From an uncultured Pseudohongiella sp. (lineage in GTDB: Bacteria > Pseudomonadota > Gammaproteobacteria > Pseudomonadales > Pseudohongiellaceae), in contig OZ245834.1 in NCBI GenBank assembly GCA_965228725.1, positions 674,198-738,197 on the forward strand: a stretch of 64,000 nt of DNA. Direction: 5' to 3'. This document shows positions 1-8,171 of this stretch, in pieces (within the stretch, counting starts at the first letter, position 1; the number at the start of each line of letters is the position of its first letter). Under the pieces are notes generated by a model, which was not told the origin of the DNA, searched no databases, and saw nothing but the letters and a program-made list of their open reading frames with translations. The translations under genes were made by a program, and so were the position numbers.

Positions 1-1
1 A

Positions 2-145
2 ACATACGATGAAGAAACTGAAACACTCATAGTTCCGCAACTGTATTTGGACGGCAAGACTTACCGGACAATTCTAAATGCTCCATTCAACATCCAGGAG
101 CTGGAGCACTTAGGCGAGTTGGGTATTTATCACTACGATGAGTAA
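2..145 (+). CDS. 3' end of a cassette ORF (hypothetical protein, truncated by window edge)
   Basis: Open frame from position 2 (...TYDEETETLIVPQLYLDGKTYRTILNAPFNIQELEHLGELGIYHYDE*), stop TAA 143-145, immediately followed by an attC-like site. Confidence 0.4.
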   Translation, partial: TYDEETETLIVPQLYLDGKTYRTILNAPFNIQELEHLGELGIYHYDE

Positions 146-148
146 CAT

Positions 149-211
149 ACATAACAATCAGCTCTATCATGGACTCGGCTTACGCCGATCCCGCTGACAA
201 GAGCGTTACTA
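149..211 (+). repeat. attC-like recombination site (R'' ACATAAC ... R' GTTACTA)
   Basis: acataac-aatcagc-tctatcatggactcgg / ccgatcccgctga-caagagc-gttacta. Arms pair imperfectly with bulges. Resembles the class 1 attC (aadA7) layout as I recall it: TCTAAC-AATTC...CAAGC-GTTAGA. Confidence 0.6.
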
Positions 212-218
212 GCCTAGC

Positions 219-620
219 ATGAGAAATGTGCTTGTTTTAGTAATGTTGATACTTCTCGCCCAAGCAGGAGAAGCGACTACATACTCTGCTCGAGCACTTG
301 ATCCCGAGGAGGCTAGAAGATGGGGTATAAGCATAGTCGCTTTTCGGACTAGCGGACTCGAATCGATCATCACAATCGGTCTGAATGCAGCCAACTTCTC
401 AAGATGTCGAGTTTCGTATGTGACTATTCTGATCAGAGATAAAGACGGATATCTGGTACAAGCGATTCGCCCTTCTAAGCTAGGCCGGGAGTACTACGTA
501 AATCTCGATGAAGAAATATTAGGCAACTCTGAAATTGATTTAAAATGTGAACCCAAAAGAGCTACGCAGCCTGGTGAGCAATACACTATCAAATTGAGTA
601 GATTCGTCAGGGCTACGTAA
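219..620 (+). CDS. small secreted hypothetical protein (cassette ORF)
   Basis: 133-aa ORF with an N-terminal signal-like segment MRNVLVLVMLILLAQAGEA. Starts 13 nt after the GTT box. Confidence 0.6.
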   Translation: MRNVLVLVMLILLAQAGEATTYSARALDPEEARRWGISIVAFRTSGLESIITIGLNAANFSRCRVSYVTILIRDKDGYLVQAIRPSKLGREYYVNLDEEILGNSEIDLKCEPKRATQPGEQYTIKLSRFVRAT

Positions 621-674
621 CCAATAAATCAATTTGGATGCGCCATGGCGCGCCAATTATCACGGGCGGTATGT
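615..674 (+). repeat. attC-like site, degenerate right box (GGTATGT)
   Basis: acgTAAc overlaps the stop codon. Internal palindrome aatttgg-atgcgcc-atgg-cgcgccaatt, then cacgggc-ggtatgt. Confidence 0.45.
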
Positions 675-680
675 CCCTAA

Positions 681-1133
681 ATGATCAAGAGACGAATTCT
701 CACAGACACAATTACTTGCATGCTCCTAGCTGGAATTGCGTTCATTGGGTTTGCTTTCGCTCTTGGTCAAGCTCCAAGAGACTCAGCAGCGTATAAATTT
801 ACCTATATAGACACTGACAAGATAGATCCAGGAACGCACAAAATTGTGGTGTTTCAAGGAACCCCGATAGTATTTTCCAAACTAAGCAATGGTAGCGTTG
901 CAAGTTTTATCGCGTTAAGCAATTACAGCGAATGCCATTTGCAGTACGCTCCACCAGGTGCATTAGATGTGAATTGGAATGGCGGCTGGATTGACCCTTG
1001 TAGTACTGCAATCTGGGATAACGAAGGAAAATTTATATCTGGAAAAAATTCAGGAGTTAGCAGTGCTCTGGACAACCTACCTTCTCCAAATATGCTTTCT
1101 TGGCAGGGGAACACTGCGGTATTAAATCCATGA
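681..1133 (+). CDS. membrane-anchored protein with degenerate Rieske-like C-terminal domain (hypothetical)
   Basis: 150-aa ORF with an N-terminal TM helix. The segment ECHLQY...GGWIDPCSTAIWDNEGKFISG...LPSP aligns by eye to the Rieske pattern CTHLGC...GGWxCPCHGSxYDxxGRxxxGPAPxNL, but cluster ligands are missing. Confidence 0.5.
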   Translation: MIKRRILTDTITCMLLAGIAFIGFAFALGQAPRDSAAYKFTYIDTDKIDPGTHKIVVFQGTPIVFSKLSNGSVASFIALSNYSECHLQYAPPGALDVNWNGGWIDPCSTAIWDNEGKFISGKNSGVSSALDNLPSPNMLSWQGNTAVLNP

Positions 1134-1143
1134 ATACGGCACA

Positions 1144-1204
1144 CCGTAATTAATTCAATCGCCAGTCGCGACTGACTCAAGGACGAACAGCGACACAGTT
1201 TGTC
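1144..1204 (+). repeat. attC-like site (R'' CCGTAAT ... R' GTTTGTC)
   Basis: Inverted arms gtcgc/gcgac inside. Right end acagcgac-aca-gtttgtc. Next ORF begins shortly after. Confidence 0.45.
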
Positions 1205-1264
1205 CATTAACATGGCCACCTGATGCTTCGATACTTATTGCAACGTAGCCCAAAGGAGCTCCAA

Positions 1265-1933
1265 ATGATTGGTCCAAGTTACTCGTTAGTTGTCGCTTCA
1301 TTACTCTTATTCGTTGCATTCGTTGGTGGTACTGAAGCACAAGTATCAGGAACCACACCAAGTGCAGCCCCCTCCTATCAGCCTTTCTTCGAAATAGATA
1401 ATCACGAAGAAGATGATTCACCAGCAATGCAGGGTGGAATTTCGCCAGAAAGAGGATGCGGTACTGGTTCGCTGTCGTGGAGCGCAAACGACTCTGCAGA
1501 AGTGCCTGGAATCTATTGGGCCAACCTGAAGACTTACTGTAAAGATGGAGTTGAGATCACGATTTGGACGGATTTTGAGAGTGGCTTTTTTGGCGGCTCA
1601 GAAAGAGCACAGTCGAACGGCAGGATGATTGTGGATGGCGACAGTTATCAAGGACGGAACGGAAGCATTCGCGTTATTTCAGGAGTGTTGGAAGCAAATG
1701 CCAAAATCGCCTATGAATTTGAAGTATTCGGCAATGGTGATGGCATAGGATTCATCAATAAATCCGAGTTCCACCTGAAATACGGAGGGCTGTTCCTAAT
1801 CGCCAGCGATGGGAGCGACATAGAAATCAAGCAGATCCACTATAACACCGCGGGTATTTCTACACAGGATCTGAAACTTCTAGCGAGTAGACATGCAGAA
1901 ATTAGAACTTTTTTTGAAAACTATCACCAGTAG
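1265..1933 (+). CDS. secreted hypothetical protein (cassette ORF)
   Basis: ORF 1223-1933. The internal ATG at 1265 is preceded by aaaggag and begins a signal peptide MIGPSYSLVVASLLLFVAFVGGTEAQ. Confidence 0.6.
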   Translation: MIGPSYSLVVASLLLFVAFVGGTEAQVSGTTPSAAPSYQPFFEIDNHEEDDSPAMQGGISPERGCGTGSLSWSANDSAEVPGIYWANLKTYCKDGVEITIWTDFESGFFGGSERAQSNGRMIVDGDSYQGRNGSIRVISGVLEANAKIAYEFEVFGNGDGIGFINKSEFHLKYGGLFLIASDGSDIEIKQIHYNTAGISTQDLKLLASRHAEIRTFFENYHQ

Positions 1934-1958
1934 CCTAGAATAGAGTTCAGCAGCCAAC

Positions 1959-2024
1959 ACATATCAATCAGTTCATCTGGGACACGTCACTGCGTAGAGC
2001 GTAGCAATTACAGGGACGTTGTAT
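1959..2024 (+). repeat. attC-like site (R'' ACATATC ... R' GTTGTAT)
   Basis: acatatc-aatcagttc ... cagggac-gttgtat. Same left motif as the other sites, with AAC mutated to ATC. Confidence 0.5.
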
Positions 2025-2044
2025 AAACCGGCCAGCTACAAGAA

Positions 2045-2875
2045 ATGACAATGAGAATAATATTGCTATTTGCGCTTGTCTTCGCATCAAGTGTAGGCCA
2101 CGGACAATCCTCTGGCATTTCTAGATCTGTGACTTCAGCAGACGGCACAAGAATCGTCTATCAAGTCGAAGGCAGTGGACCGACAATCGTATTTCTTCAT
2201 GGGCTCGGCGGTGATAAATCCAGCTGGGGTACGTATGGCTACCCGACTTACCTACAAGACTATCGCCTAATTTTGGTGGACGCTCGAGGCCATGGGGCAA
2301 GCGGTGCGCCTGATGAGCCAGCCGGATTCGCTTTGCAGCGATTCGTTGAAGATTTGGAAGCAATCGTGCGGGAGGAAACTGATTCTCCTCCAATTTTCTG
2401 GGGCTACTCTTTGGGGGCCGTTGTTGGCTTCCATGTGCTATTACACAACCCGAACCTATTCAGTCGATACATATTGGGGGACGGCATGTATGGAATCTAC
2501 GGGCCTCCCCCTGATCAGAGATCGTCAGTGCTCGCATCTATTCAGACTCTCAGATTGCAGGAAAGCAGAGCCCACCCCAATGCGCGCAAATCAATAAAAG
2601 CCTTGGCAGATTTCCTTGAGCTAGATCGCACGAGTGAGTCTGAGGATATCAGAAGCCGTTTGGGACCTGTGGCGAAGCCGACCTTTATATACAGGTCAGG
2701 AGAAACGCGCGAAGAGCTAACTCTTGCCGAGCAGCGGACCAACTTCTACTTCGAGCCGCTCTTTGAAAGCCTCGAGGTCTTACTATTTCCTTCGTTTACA
2801 CACGCTGAGCTATTTGGTCGTTCCCAAGCAGTGGTACCCCCTATTCTGGAATTCATTGATAGTGGGAATTGTTAA
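2045..2875 (+). CDS. alpha/beta-fold hydrolase (secreted)
   Basis: Signal peptide, HGLGGD oxyanion-type motif, nucleophile elbow GYSLGA (GxSxG), 276 aa. Confidence 0.8.
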   Translation: MTMRIILLFALVFASSVGHGQSSGISRSVTSADGTRIVYQVEGSGPTIVFLHGLGGDKSSWGTYGYPTYLQDYRLILVDARGHGASGAPDEPAGFALQRFVEDLEAIVREETDSPPIFWGYSLGAVVGFHVLLHNPNLFSRYILGDGMYGIYGPPPDQRSSVLASIQTLRLQESRAHPNARKSIKALADFLELDRTSESEDIRSRLGPVAKPTFIYRSGETREELTLAEQRTNFYFEPLFESLEVLLFPSFTHAELFGRSQAVVPPILEFIDSGNC

Positions 2876-2923
2876 TAGTCCATCAACTCAGAAAAAGGAG
2901 ATCGGCTGAGAGATAGGACTGGA

Positions 2924-2989
2924 ACACAACAATCAGTTCGCTTGGTATATGCCACCACGTGGCGCTTCCCAATAAGCAGAGCAATTCTG
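2924..2989 (+). repeat. attC-like site, right box lost (AATTCTG)
   Basis: acacaac-aatcagttc-gcttgg..gccaccacgtggcgc..cccaa..gcagagc-aattctg. Confidence 0.4.
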
Positions 2990-3389
2990 ATCGCGTCTTG
3001 AACAAATTCTCGTCGAACACTACTGAATTGATTCTTCCTGACTTCCGAATTTCAATATCGCGCGGTCATTAACAAACTGCGCCCTGTTCCCACCTAGCAA
3101 TGCCTCTGCCCTGCCCTATACCAACGGCTCTGATCCCGGCGCCTGCAGGCAATGTGGAAAGCACGCGACATTAGGTTACGCACTATCTGTTACGTGGGCT
3201 TATGTGGGGCGGTACCCGACCAAATTTCTTTGCATCCCGGCAATTATGGGGTATTGTTCTTGTATCGGCGTCAGCTCAGCCCGCGTTCCGAAATCTGCCG
3301 ATTGAGCCTGCGGAACGACGCTTGGCGACAATTAACTCAATATTGGACGCACCTCGACTTCATCTGCGCATAGCGCCACCGGGGGAATA

Positions 3390-3650
3390 ATGTCAAACAA
3401 CTGGTTGCTGGCGGGGAAAAACTCGAAGTTTCAGCAAGCAGGTGCAGAGCCTGCCGGTATGGCAATTGGACTTTGGCACGGGGCGCTAATATTGGTTACC
3501 TGGTTTGCGAGCCTCTACGACTCAAACTACGGCATTTACGAACCGAACAATGACGGAGCATTCTACAATACAGGCTATGTCCTGGGTGCAAGTATAGGAA
3601 TTCTCGGTAGTCTACTCTTTCTAGTCTCGATTCTGTCTCGAGCTTACTAG
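3390..3650 (+). CDS. small membrane protein (hypothetical, cassette ORF)
   Basis: 86-aa ORF with two hydrophobic segments (GMAIGLWHGALILVTWF; YVLGASIGILGSLLFLVSIL). Confidence 0.5.
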   Translation: MSNNWLLAGKNSKFQQAGAEPAGMAIGLWHGALILVTWFASLYDSNYGIYEPNNDGAFYNTGYVLGASIGILGSLLFLVSILSRAY

Positions 3651-3658
3651 AAGCATGG

Positions 3659-3723
3659 GACAAACAATCTACTCAAATTTGACACTCTACTTCGTGGCGC
3701 TCCCTAAATTAAGGGCGTTACCT
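3659..3723 (+). repeat. attC-like site (R'' GACAAAC ... R' GTTACCT)
   Basis: gacaaac-aatctactc ... ctaaattaagggc-gttacct. The next ORF starts 15 nt downstream. Confidence 0.55.
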
Positions 3724-3737
3724 CTATAGGCATATTT

Positions 3738-4214
3738 ATGAGTTTACGATTAGTTAAGAACTTAGCCTTTGCTGTGCTTGCAACGATAAGTGCGCCATCT
3801 GCATACTCATCAAGCGTCTTCAAATACGCCGAGATCGATATTCCATTTGAAATTAGCGCGGATGGGACTTGGGTGGAGGTATTTGACAGTCAAGAAAGCT
3901 GGAGTAATTTCTATCGTGAGAATACACCGAGCTACATTGATGAAAACGACGAACGAGCTATACCCCCGGAGTTTGATTTCAGTTTGTATAGATTGATAGC
4001 CGGTGGACTAGGCGGCGGAAGCGCTGGTCGCACCATATTGATGGATGTGGAGCATACATATTCAACATCGTATATATCGTCGACGGTAGTGTTAGCTGGC
4101 AGTAATTGTGCCGTAGCAGCAGTCTACACAAACCCAACGATCGTGATTTTAATTCCCAGATTAGAGAAAAGTCTCGCAATTTCCAAAAGTGAACTAGTTA
4201 AAAACTGCGAGTGA
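3738..4214 (+). CDS. secreted hypothetical protein (cassette ORF)
   Basis: 158-aa ORF, signal peptide MSLRLVKNLAFAVLATISAPSAYS. Confidence 0.6.
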   Translation: MSLRLVKNLAFAVLATISAPSAYSSSVFKYAEIDIPFEISADGTWVEVFDSQESWSNFYRENTPSYIDENDERAIPPEFDFSLYRLIAGGLGGGSAGRTILMDVEHTYSTSYISSTVVLAGSNCAVAAVYTNPTIVILIPRLEKSLAISKSELVKNCE

Positions 4215-4231
4215 GGGCATACGCGATCGAA

Positions 4232-4314
4232 ATGTAACAATCAGCTCGGTCAGCCTTTTTCGATCCAATGGACAAACTGACCGCGTAGCTTGCCCATTAA
4301 CCAGAGCGTTTAGT
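4232..4314 (+). repeat. attC-like site (R'' ATGTAAC ... R' GTTTAGT)
   Basis: atgtaac-aatcagc-tcggtcag ... ctgaccg ... ccagagc-gtttagt. 7-bp perfect arm cggtcag/ctgaccg. Confidence 0.55.
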
Positions 4315-4316
4315 GT

Positions 4317-4835
4317 ATGAACATGAACCTGAGTCTTGCAATGTTAGCCTTACTAGCACCCCTAACTAGCCAAGCCCAGGAGTACTCCTGGTTCGAAGAC
4401 GAATGGGTATCGGACACTGAGGCAACCATTGCGATCAATCCCGAGTATCGGGACGGAGACGAAGCCACTCTGGTAGCTCTAAGAGAAATATACGGAAGAA
4501 TCAGATGGAATATAGAGGGCAACGAGCTAACTTTTATCGACCCAACAACCACGCCAGCGATCTCTTCTACCAACCCCTTTACCATCCATCCAATTGATTC
4601 AACTAGCTTTGATATTGTTATTGAGCAGAGTTTACCCAAAAACGACTCCGACAATTCTTTCGATTATGAAGCTCTCGATTTATCAGAAATTCAAACGAAT
4701 AGCTCCAGATATGTTATTACGATCACTAAGACTGAGAACGGTTTTTGCATAATTCCGAAGCCCAATTTCATTGTTGTTGCTGATGGCTCCAGGACAATGC
4801 TGAAGTACGAATGTTTTGAGCCATATGACCCGTAA
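4317..4835 (+). CDS. secreted hypothetical protein (cassette ORF)
   Basis: 172-aa ORF, signal peptide MNMNLSLAMLALLAPLTSQAQ. Starts 3 nt after the attC-like site. Confidence 0.6.
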   Translation: MNMNLSLAMLALLAPLTSQAQEYSWFEDEWVSDTEATIAINPEYRDGDEATLVALREIYGRIRWNIEGNELTFIDPTTTPAISSTNPFTIHPIDSTSFDIVIEQSLPKNDSDNSFDYEALDLSEIQTNSSRYVITITKTENGFCIIPKPNFIVVADGSRTMLKYECFEPYDP

Positions 4836-4895
4836 CAATCAGTTTGTTTGGGATTCGATTCGACACATTGATTCCGGTTAACTGTAGCGTTTTGT
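4830..4895 (+). repeat. attC-like site (R'' CCGTAAC ... R' GTTTTGT)
   Basis: Stop codon TAA (4833-4835) is embedded in ccgTAAc-aatcagttt ... ctgtagc-gttttgt. Confidence 0.55.
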
Positions 4896-4924
4896 GTTAT
4901 TGCAATGGAGTGCCAGATTAAAAA

Positions 4925-5440
4925 ATGAATTGGTTTAAAGATGTTTATCTAATCAATGCGAAGCAAGCCTCAATCGCACTTCGAGATGGCAGCATAACTG
5001 AGTATCAAGCCCTGAAACATTTGATTACAACAACTGTTCTCGTGGGTGCAAATGTATCTGTTCCTATTACATTTACTATGGAGTCTGAGTTCTCTTTTTC
5101 TGCATTTTATGTCGAGAATCTGATGTATTTTCTGATTCTTGCTGCTGTATCTTACTATGGACTGCTGATGTGCTATCAAGCCAATTCTAAAGGTGATGGC
5201 CGTGAGTTTTTCGTAAGACTGGTCACATTAGGCCTTCCTGTCATGATACGAGTAGCGGTTTTTTCAGCACTAGTTTTTATTCTACTAACCATGCTCTTGT
5301 CTCTACTGCTCGGCAATTTGGGCGGGATCAGCATGCCAACATTCAATAGCTATCAATTTCTTTTCATTGTGGCCGTGAATATGAGCTATTTCATTACTCT
5401 TAGAAAGTATGTGGCCAATTCAGCCGGTTATACACAGTAA
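4925..5440 (+). CDS. multi-pass membrane protein (hypothetical, cassette ORF)
   Basis: 171-aa ORF with about 4 hydrophobic helices. Confidence 0.6.
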   Translation: MNWFKDVYLINAKQASIALRDGSITEYQALKHLITTTVLVGANVSVPITFTMESEFSFSAFYVENLMYFLILAAVSYYGLLMCYQANSKGDGREFFVRLVTLGLPVMIRVAVFSALVFILLTMLLSLLLGNLGGISMPTFNSYQFLFIVAVNMSYFITLRKYVANSAGYTQ

Positions 5441-5445
5441 GTACT

Positions 5446-5529
5446 TCAAAATAATCAGTTCAATCACCCGGTAAGCCGACTACTCGGACAAATGACAACG
5501 ACACTGACCTATAACCACGGGCACTCTGT
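5446..5529 (+). repeat. attC-like site, strongly degenerate
   Basis: tcaaaat-aatcagttc left motif is retained. The right end cacgggc-actctgt lacks GTT. Confidence 0.3.
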
Positions 5530-5548
5530 ACGATAAAAACAAACAGCA

Positions 5549-5944
5549 ATGAACATCATACGGACAGCTATCTCAACGATTGCCCACTTCCTGCTGGCTG
5601 GGGTGTATTTAGTCACGATCTTTGGGTTCAGAACCGACTTTCAAGCTGTCGGAGATGTCGAACCGTTTCAGCAGGTAGTTTTCTGGGTTCTCTACGCGAT
5701 CTATATTGTATTTACCTTTCCACTGACACTTATGATCTATGCGTTCCCGGAATTACTGGGATTATTCGGGAAACACTTCACTCCTGTCTGGTTATTGTTA
5801 CAACTTGGTATTAGCTACATTCAAGTGCGTATAGCGAGGGACATACACAGAACACGCGCTCGCTCAGGACGCGCAGCTACTCAGCACATCACAAATAGCG
5901 AAGAAGTGTGTACCCAGGTCGGCTATGGAAGCTATGTTCATTGA
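5549..5944 (+). CDS. membrane protein (hypothetical)
   Basis: 131-aa ORF with 3-4 hydrophobic helices. Only 16 nt before the next ORF, so they share one unit. Confidence 0.55.
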   Translation: MNIIRTAISTIAHFLLAGVYLVTIFGFRTDFQAVGDVEPFQQVVFWVLYAIYIVFTFPLTLMIYAFPELLGLFGKHFTPVWLLLQLGISYIQVRIARDIHRTRARSGRAATQHITNSEEVCTQVGYGSYVH

Positions 5945-5960
5945 TGAAAAGTGAGGCATT

Positions 5961-6398
5961 GTGCAAAAAACCGCGCATGAGCAGGGTTTGGATATTGTTA
6001 AGCAACACAATCTCAAACTCAGTGAGAAGTCTTTGGCTTTGCTAAAACGCATTGAAGCTCAACCAGGGGCTATAGCAAAGCCTATGACTCCCCCTAAAGC
6101 ATCCGTTCCCAATGTCCTGGTTTACAAGGTCATGAACAAAATGTTCGCCATTATGTCCATACGCGGGACTGAGGGTGTGATTTTGAAATGCGACCCTGAC
6201 CTGGTGTTGTTCTTACGTGAGAAATACACAGGTGTCGGTCATCGTAGTCACCTGGATTCTCGGTTCTGGATTAGCGTGAGTCTCGACTCTGATGTCCCTG
6301 TAGATGAAATTAATAGGCTCGTCGAACATTCCTACGAACAAGTCTATTCGAAACTAACTCGCAAGCAGAAGGCTGAACTTTCAGAGCTAGCTAACTAG
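5961..6398 (+). CDS. MmcQ/YjbR-family putative DNA-binding protein
   Basis: Pattern KMFAIMS..GVILKCDPD...GHRSHLDSRFWISVSLDSDVP..EINRLVEHSYEQVYSKLTRKQK matches my recollection of the YjbR family. GTG start is uncertain. Confidence 0.65.
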   Translation: MQKTAHEQGLDIVKQHNLKLSEKSLALLKRIEAQPGAIAKPMTPPKASVPNVLVYKVMNKMFAIMSIRGTEGVILKCDPDLVLFLREKYTGVGHRSHLDSRFWISVSLDSDVPVDEINRLVEHSYEQVYSKLTRKQKAELSELAN

Positions 6399-6478
6399 AA
6401 TGACGTCAAACCATTGAAAATATGACGACAGATAGCGAACAGTTCCATGCACTGGCGTAAGTACCCAGCCTATGCGAC

Positions 6479-6561
6479 ACAAAATACCGGGATCAGCGCA
6501 GAACCGATCCCGCTTCTGGTTTTAGTTTTGACAGCTACATGCTTGTCGCCAGAGGTTAGGG
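6479..6561 (+). repeat. possible attC-like site (R' GTTAGGG)
   Basis: acaaaat-accgggatcagcgcagaaccgatccc (6-bp arms gggatc/gatccc) ... gccagag-gttaggg. The right box is followed by the palindrome partner cgctaac. Confidence 0.35.
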
Positions 6562-6631
6562 CGCTAACAGCGCAGCACCCTGCTACATTATCGAGCCCGC
6601 CATGGCTTTTACATTCTAAGCTTTCGCCGAG

Positions 6632-7207
6632 GTGAATTTGATCAGAATTGCTTTTGTCTATTACACCAATACAGACGTTACAGGTGAACTTATAAGGTCT
6701 GCTTTCGAGGAAATCGACACGTCAGGTGTTGAAGTATTCTCACATCGCATTTCAGGAAGTGAGATCATCGAAGGAAGGTTTGTAAATCAGGAGCTCATGA
6801 CCCTGCTCCATAGTTGCTCAGGAATAGTATTCGGTTCTCCGACCTACATGGGTAATGTCGCGGCGCAGTTCAAAGCATTCGCTGATGCGACCAGTGACTT
6901 CTGGTCAGAGCAGAAATGGTCCGGCAAAGTTGCAGCGGGTATTACTTCGGGCACTGGGCTCAATGGGGATCAGACTTGCTCACTTCAATACTTTTCTACA
7001 CTTGCCAGTCAGCATGGAATGCTATGGGTTGGACTAGACACGCCATACAGCAACGCAGAAGGCAATGTGAATCGGCTCGGATGCCAGCTTGGCGTAACTG
7101 CATGTAGTACAGACGGTGACATTCATCCAGGCGATAGTGAAAGCGCAAAGTATCTTGCTCGAAGGGTATTGGAAATTTGCCAAAAACTAGCACGCAACAG
7201 CAATTGA
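6632..7207 (+). CDS. flavodoxin-fold NAD(P)H:quinone oxidoreductase (WrbA-like)
   Basis: IAFVYYT..TG N-terminus, GIVFGSPTYMGNVAAQFKAFADAT, and a KVAAGITS...Q segment typical of the WrbA/flavodoxin-like fold. GTG start. Confidence 0.7.
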   Translation: MNLIRIAFVYYTNTDVTGELIRSAFEEIDTSGVEVFSHRISGSEIIEGRFVNQELMTLLHSCSGIVFGSPTYMGNVAAQFKAFADATSDFWSEQKWSGKVAAGITSGTGLNGDQTCSLQYFSTLASQHGMLWVGLDTPYSNAEGNVNRLGCQLGVTACSTDGDIHPGDSESAKYLARRVLEICQKLARNSN

Positions 7208-7258
7208 TAACTCAGCTGATAGATCCACGGACAGATCAACTCACTACAGGGCGCTACG
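7205..7258 (+). repeat. weak attC-like site
   Basis: tgataac-tcagctg ... acagggc-gctacgc. Short, with a GCT in place of GTT. Confidence 0.25.
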
Positions 7259-7303
7259 CCGACAGATCAATAAAAACAATAACGTAACAGCGAAACCACA
7301 ATA

Positions 7304-7672
7304 ATGAATAAATTTGCTTCAACCGTAGTCTATGTACTCGGCGATGCCAAAGACGTTCTGGATTTTTATGTCGATGCGTTTAGCTTGAAGATCAAACACT
7401 TTGACGAGCAGTTCAACTTCGGTGAGTTGGACACGGGAGACACGACAATCGCTGTGGCCAATCATTCAGCCGGCGAGTTTATGATAGGCAAGAACTACTT
7501 CGCACAATCTGACGGACTCCCGAAGAACATCGAGTTTGCGTTCTATGCAGAAGATGTAAGCCAGTCATATGACGTGGCGATTGAGAACGGCTGCGAAAGC
7601 CTGTTAGAACCCAGGACCATGTCCTGGGGGCAAACTGTTGCTTATGTAAAAGCATCGAGGGCACAATCGTAG
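7304..7672 (+). CDS. VOC/glyoxalase-family protein, C-terminus apparently frameshifted
   Basis: VVYVLGDAKDVLDFYVDAFSL...HSAGEF...FAFYAEDV is a VOC-like pattern. After the A-run at 7648-7651 the expected C-terminus (SIEGTIVGLISTP*) continues in another frame to 7692. Confidence 0.65.
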   Translation: MNKFASTVVYVLGDAKDVLDFYVDAFSLKIKHFDEQFNFGELDTGDTTIAVANHSAGEFMIGKNYFAQSDGLPKNIEFAFYAEDVSQSYDVAIENGCESLLEPRTMSWGQTVAYVKASRAQS

Positions 7673-7724
7673 GCCTGATATCCACCCCATAACACGGCCG
7701 CTCTTAGGCCCTTCTGGTGAGACG

Positions 7725-8156
7725 ATGAAATTCTATACGGCTCTTTTTACAACGCTGATTTCATTAACTGGCACTCATGCACACCATGACATTTCCGACG
7801 ATTTTGCTACCTCTCTCAGTCAAATTGGAGGCGTGATAACCGGCTTGGAGTGGAGCGATCCCCACGTGCTGGTTCGACTATCTATACATCCAGATTCAGC
7901 TAGTTCCCAGCATTATCTTATCGAGATGGGGCCTCCCGAGGAACTGGAAGAGGAAGGGATTACTATCGATACATTTGAGCTTATGAGCCGTGTCAGCATT
8001 GTTGCCTACTCATCCAAATCCAAGGTTTCTGAGCATGGATACTACCTGTATGGACTCTACCTTGTTGAATCCCAATCGCATAAGCTGCTTGTGAACAAGG
8101 CTTTATACGAGATACTCCCGCAAGTCGATTTTCCAAGCTTTAAAGTCGACCCATAA
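7725..8156 (+). CDS. secreted hypothetical protein
   Basis: 143-aa ORF, signal peptide MKFYTALFTTLISLTGTHA. Confidence 0.55.
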   Translation: MKFYTALFTTLISLTGTHAHHDISDDFATSLSQIGGVITGLEWSDPHVLVRLSIHPDSASSQHYLIEMGPPEELEEEGITIDTFELMSRVSIVAYSSKSKVSEHGYYLYGLYLVESQSHKLLVNKALYEILPQVDFPSFKVDP

Positions 8157-8171
8157 TATCCATGTAGAGAT

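Noticed and set aside
3152-3390. Two overlapping + strand ORFs of 73 and 62 aa in the ORF-less unit
   Set aside because: They overlap each other in different frames, lack an SD sequence or signal features, and are Arg/Cys/Leu-rich. I kept the region as non-coding.
6555-6568. Perfect palindrome GTTAG-GGCG-CTAAC as a terminator or tRNA fragment
   Set aside because: It is too short, has no U-tract and no tRNA arms. It is better explained as the R' box of an attC-like site abutting an R''-like box.
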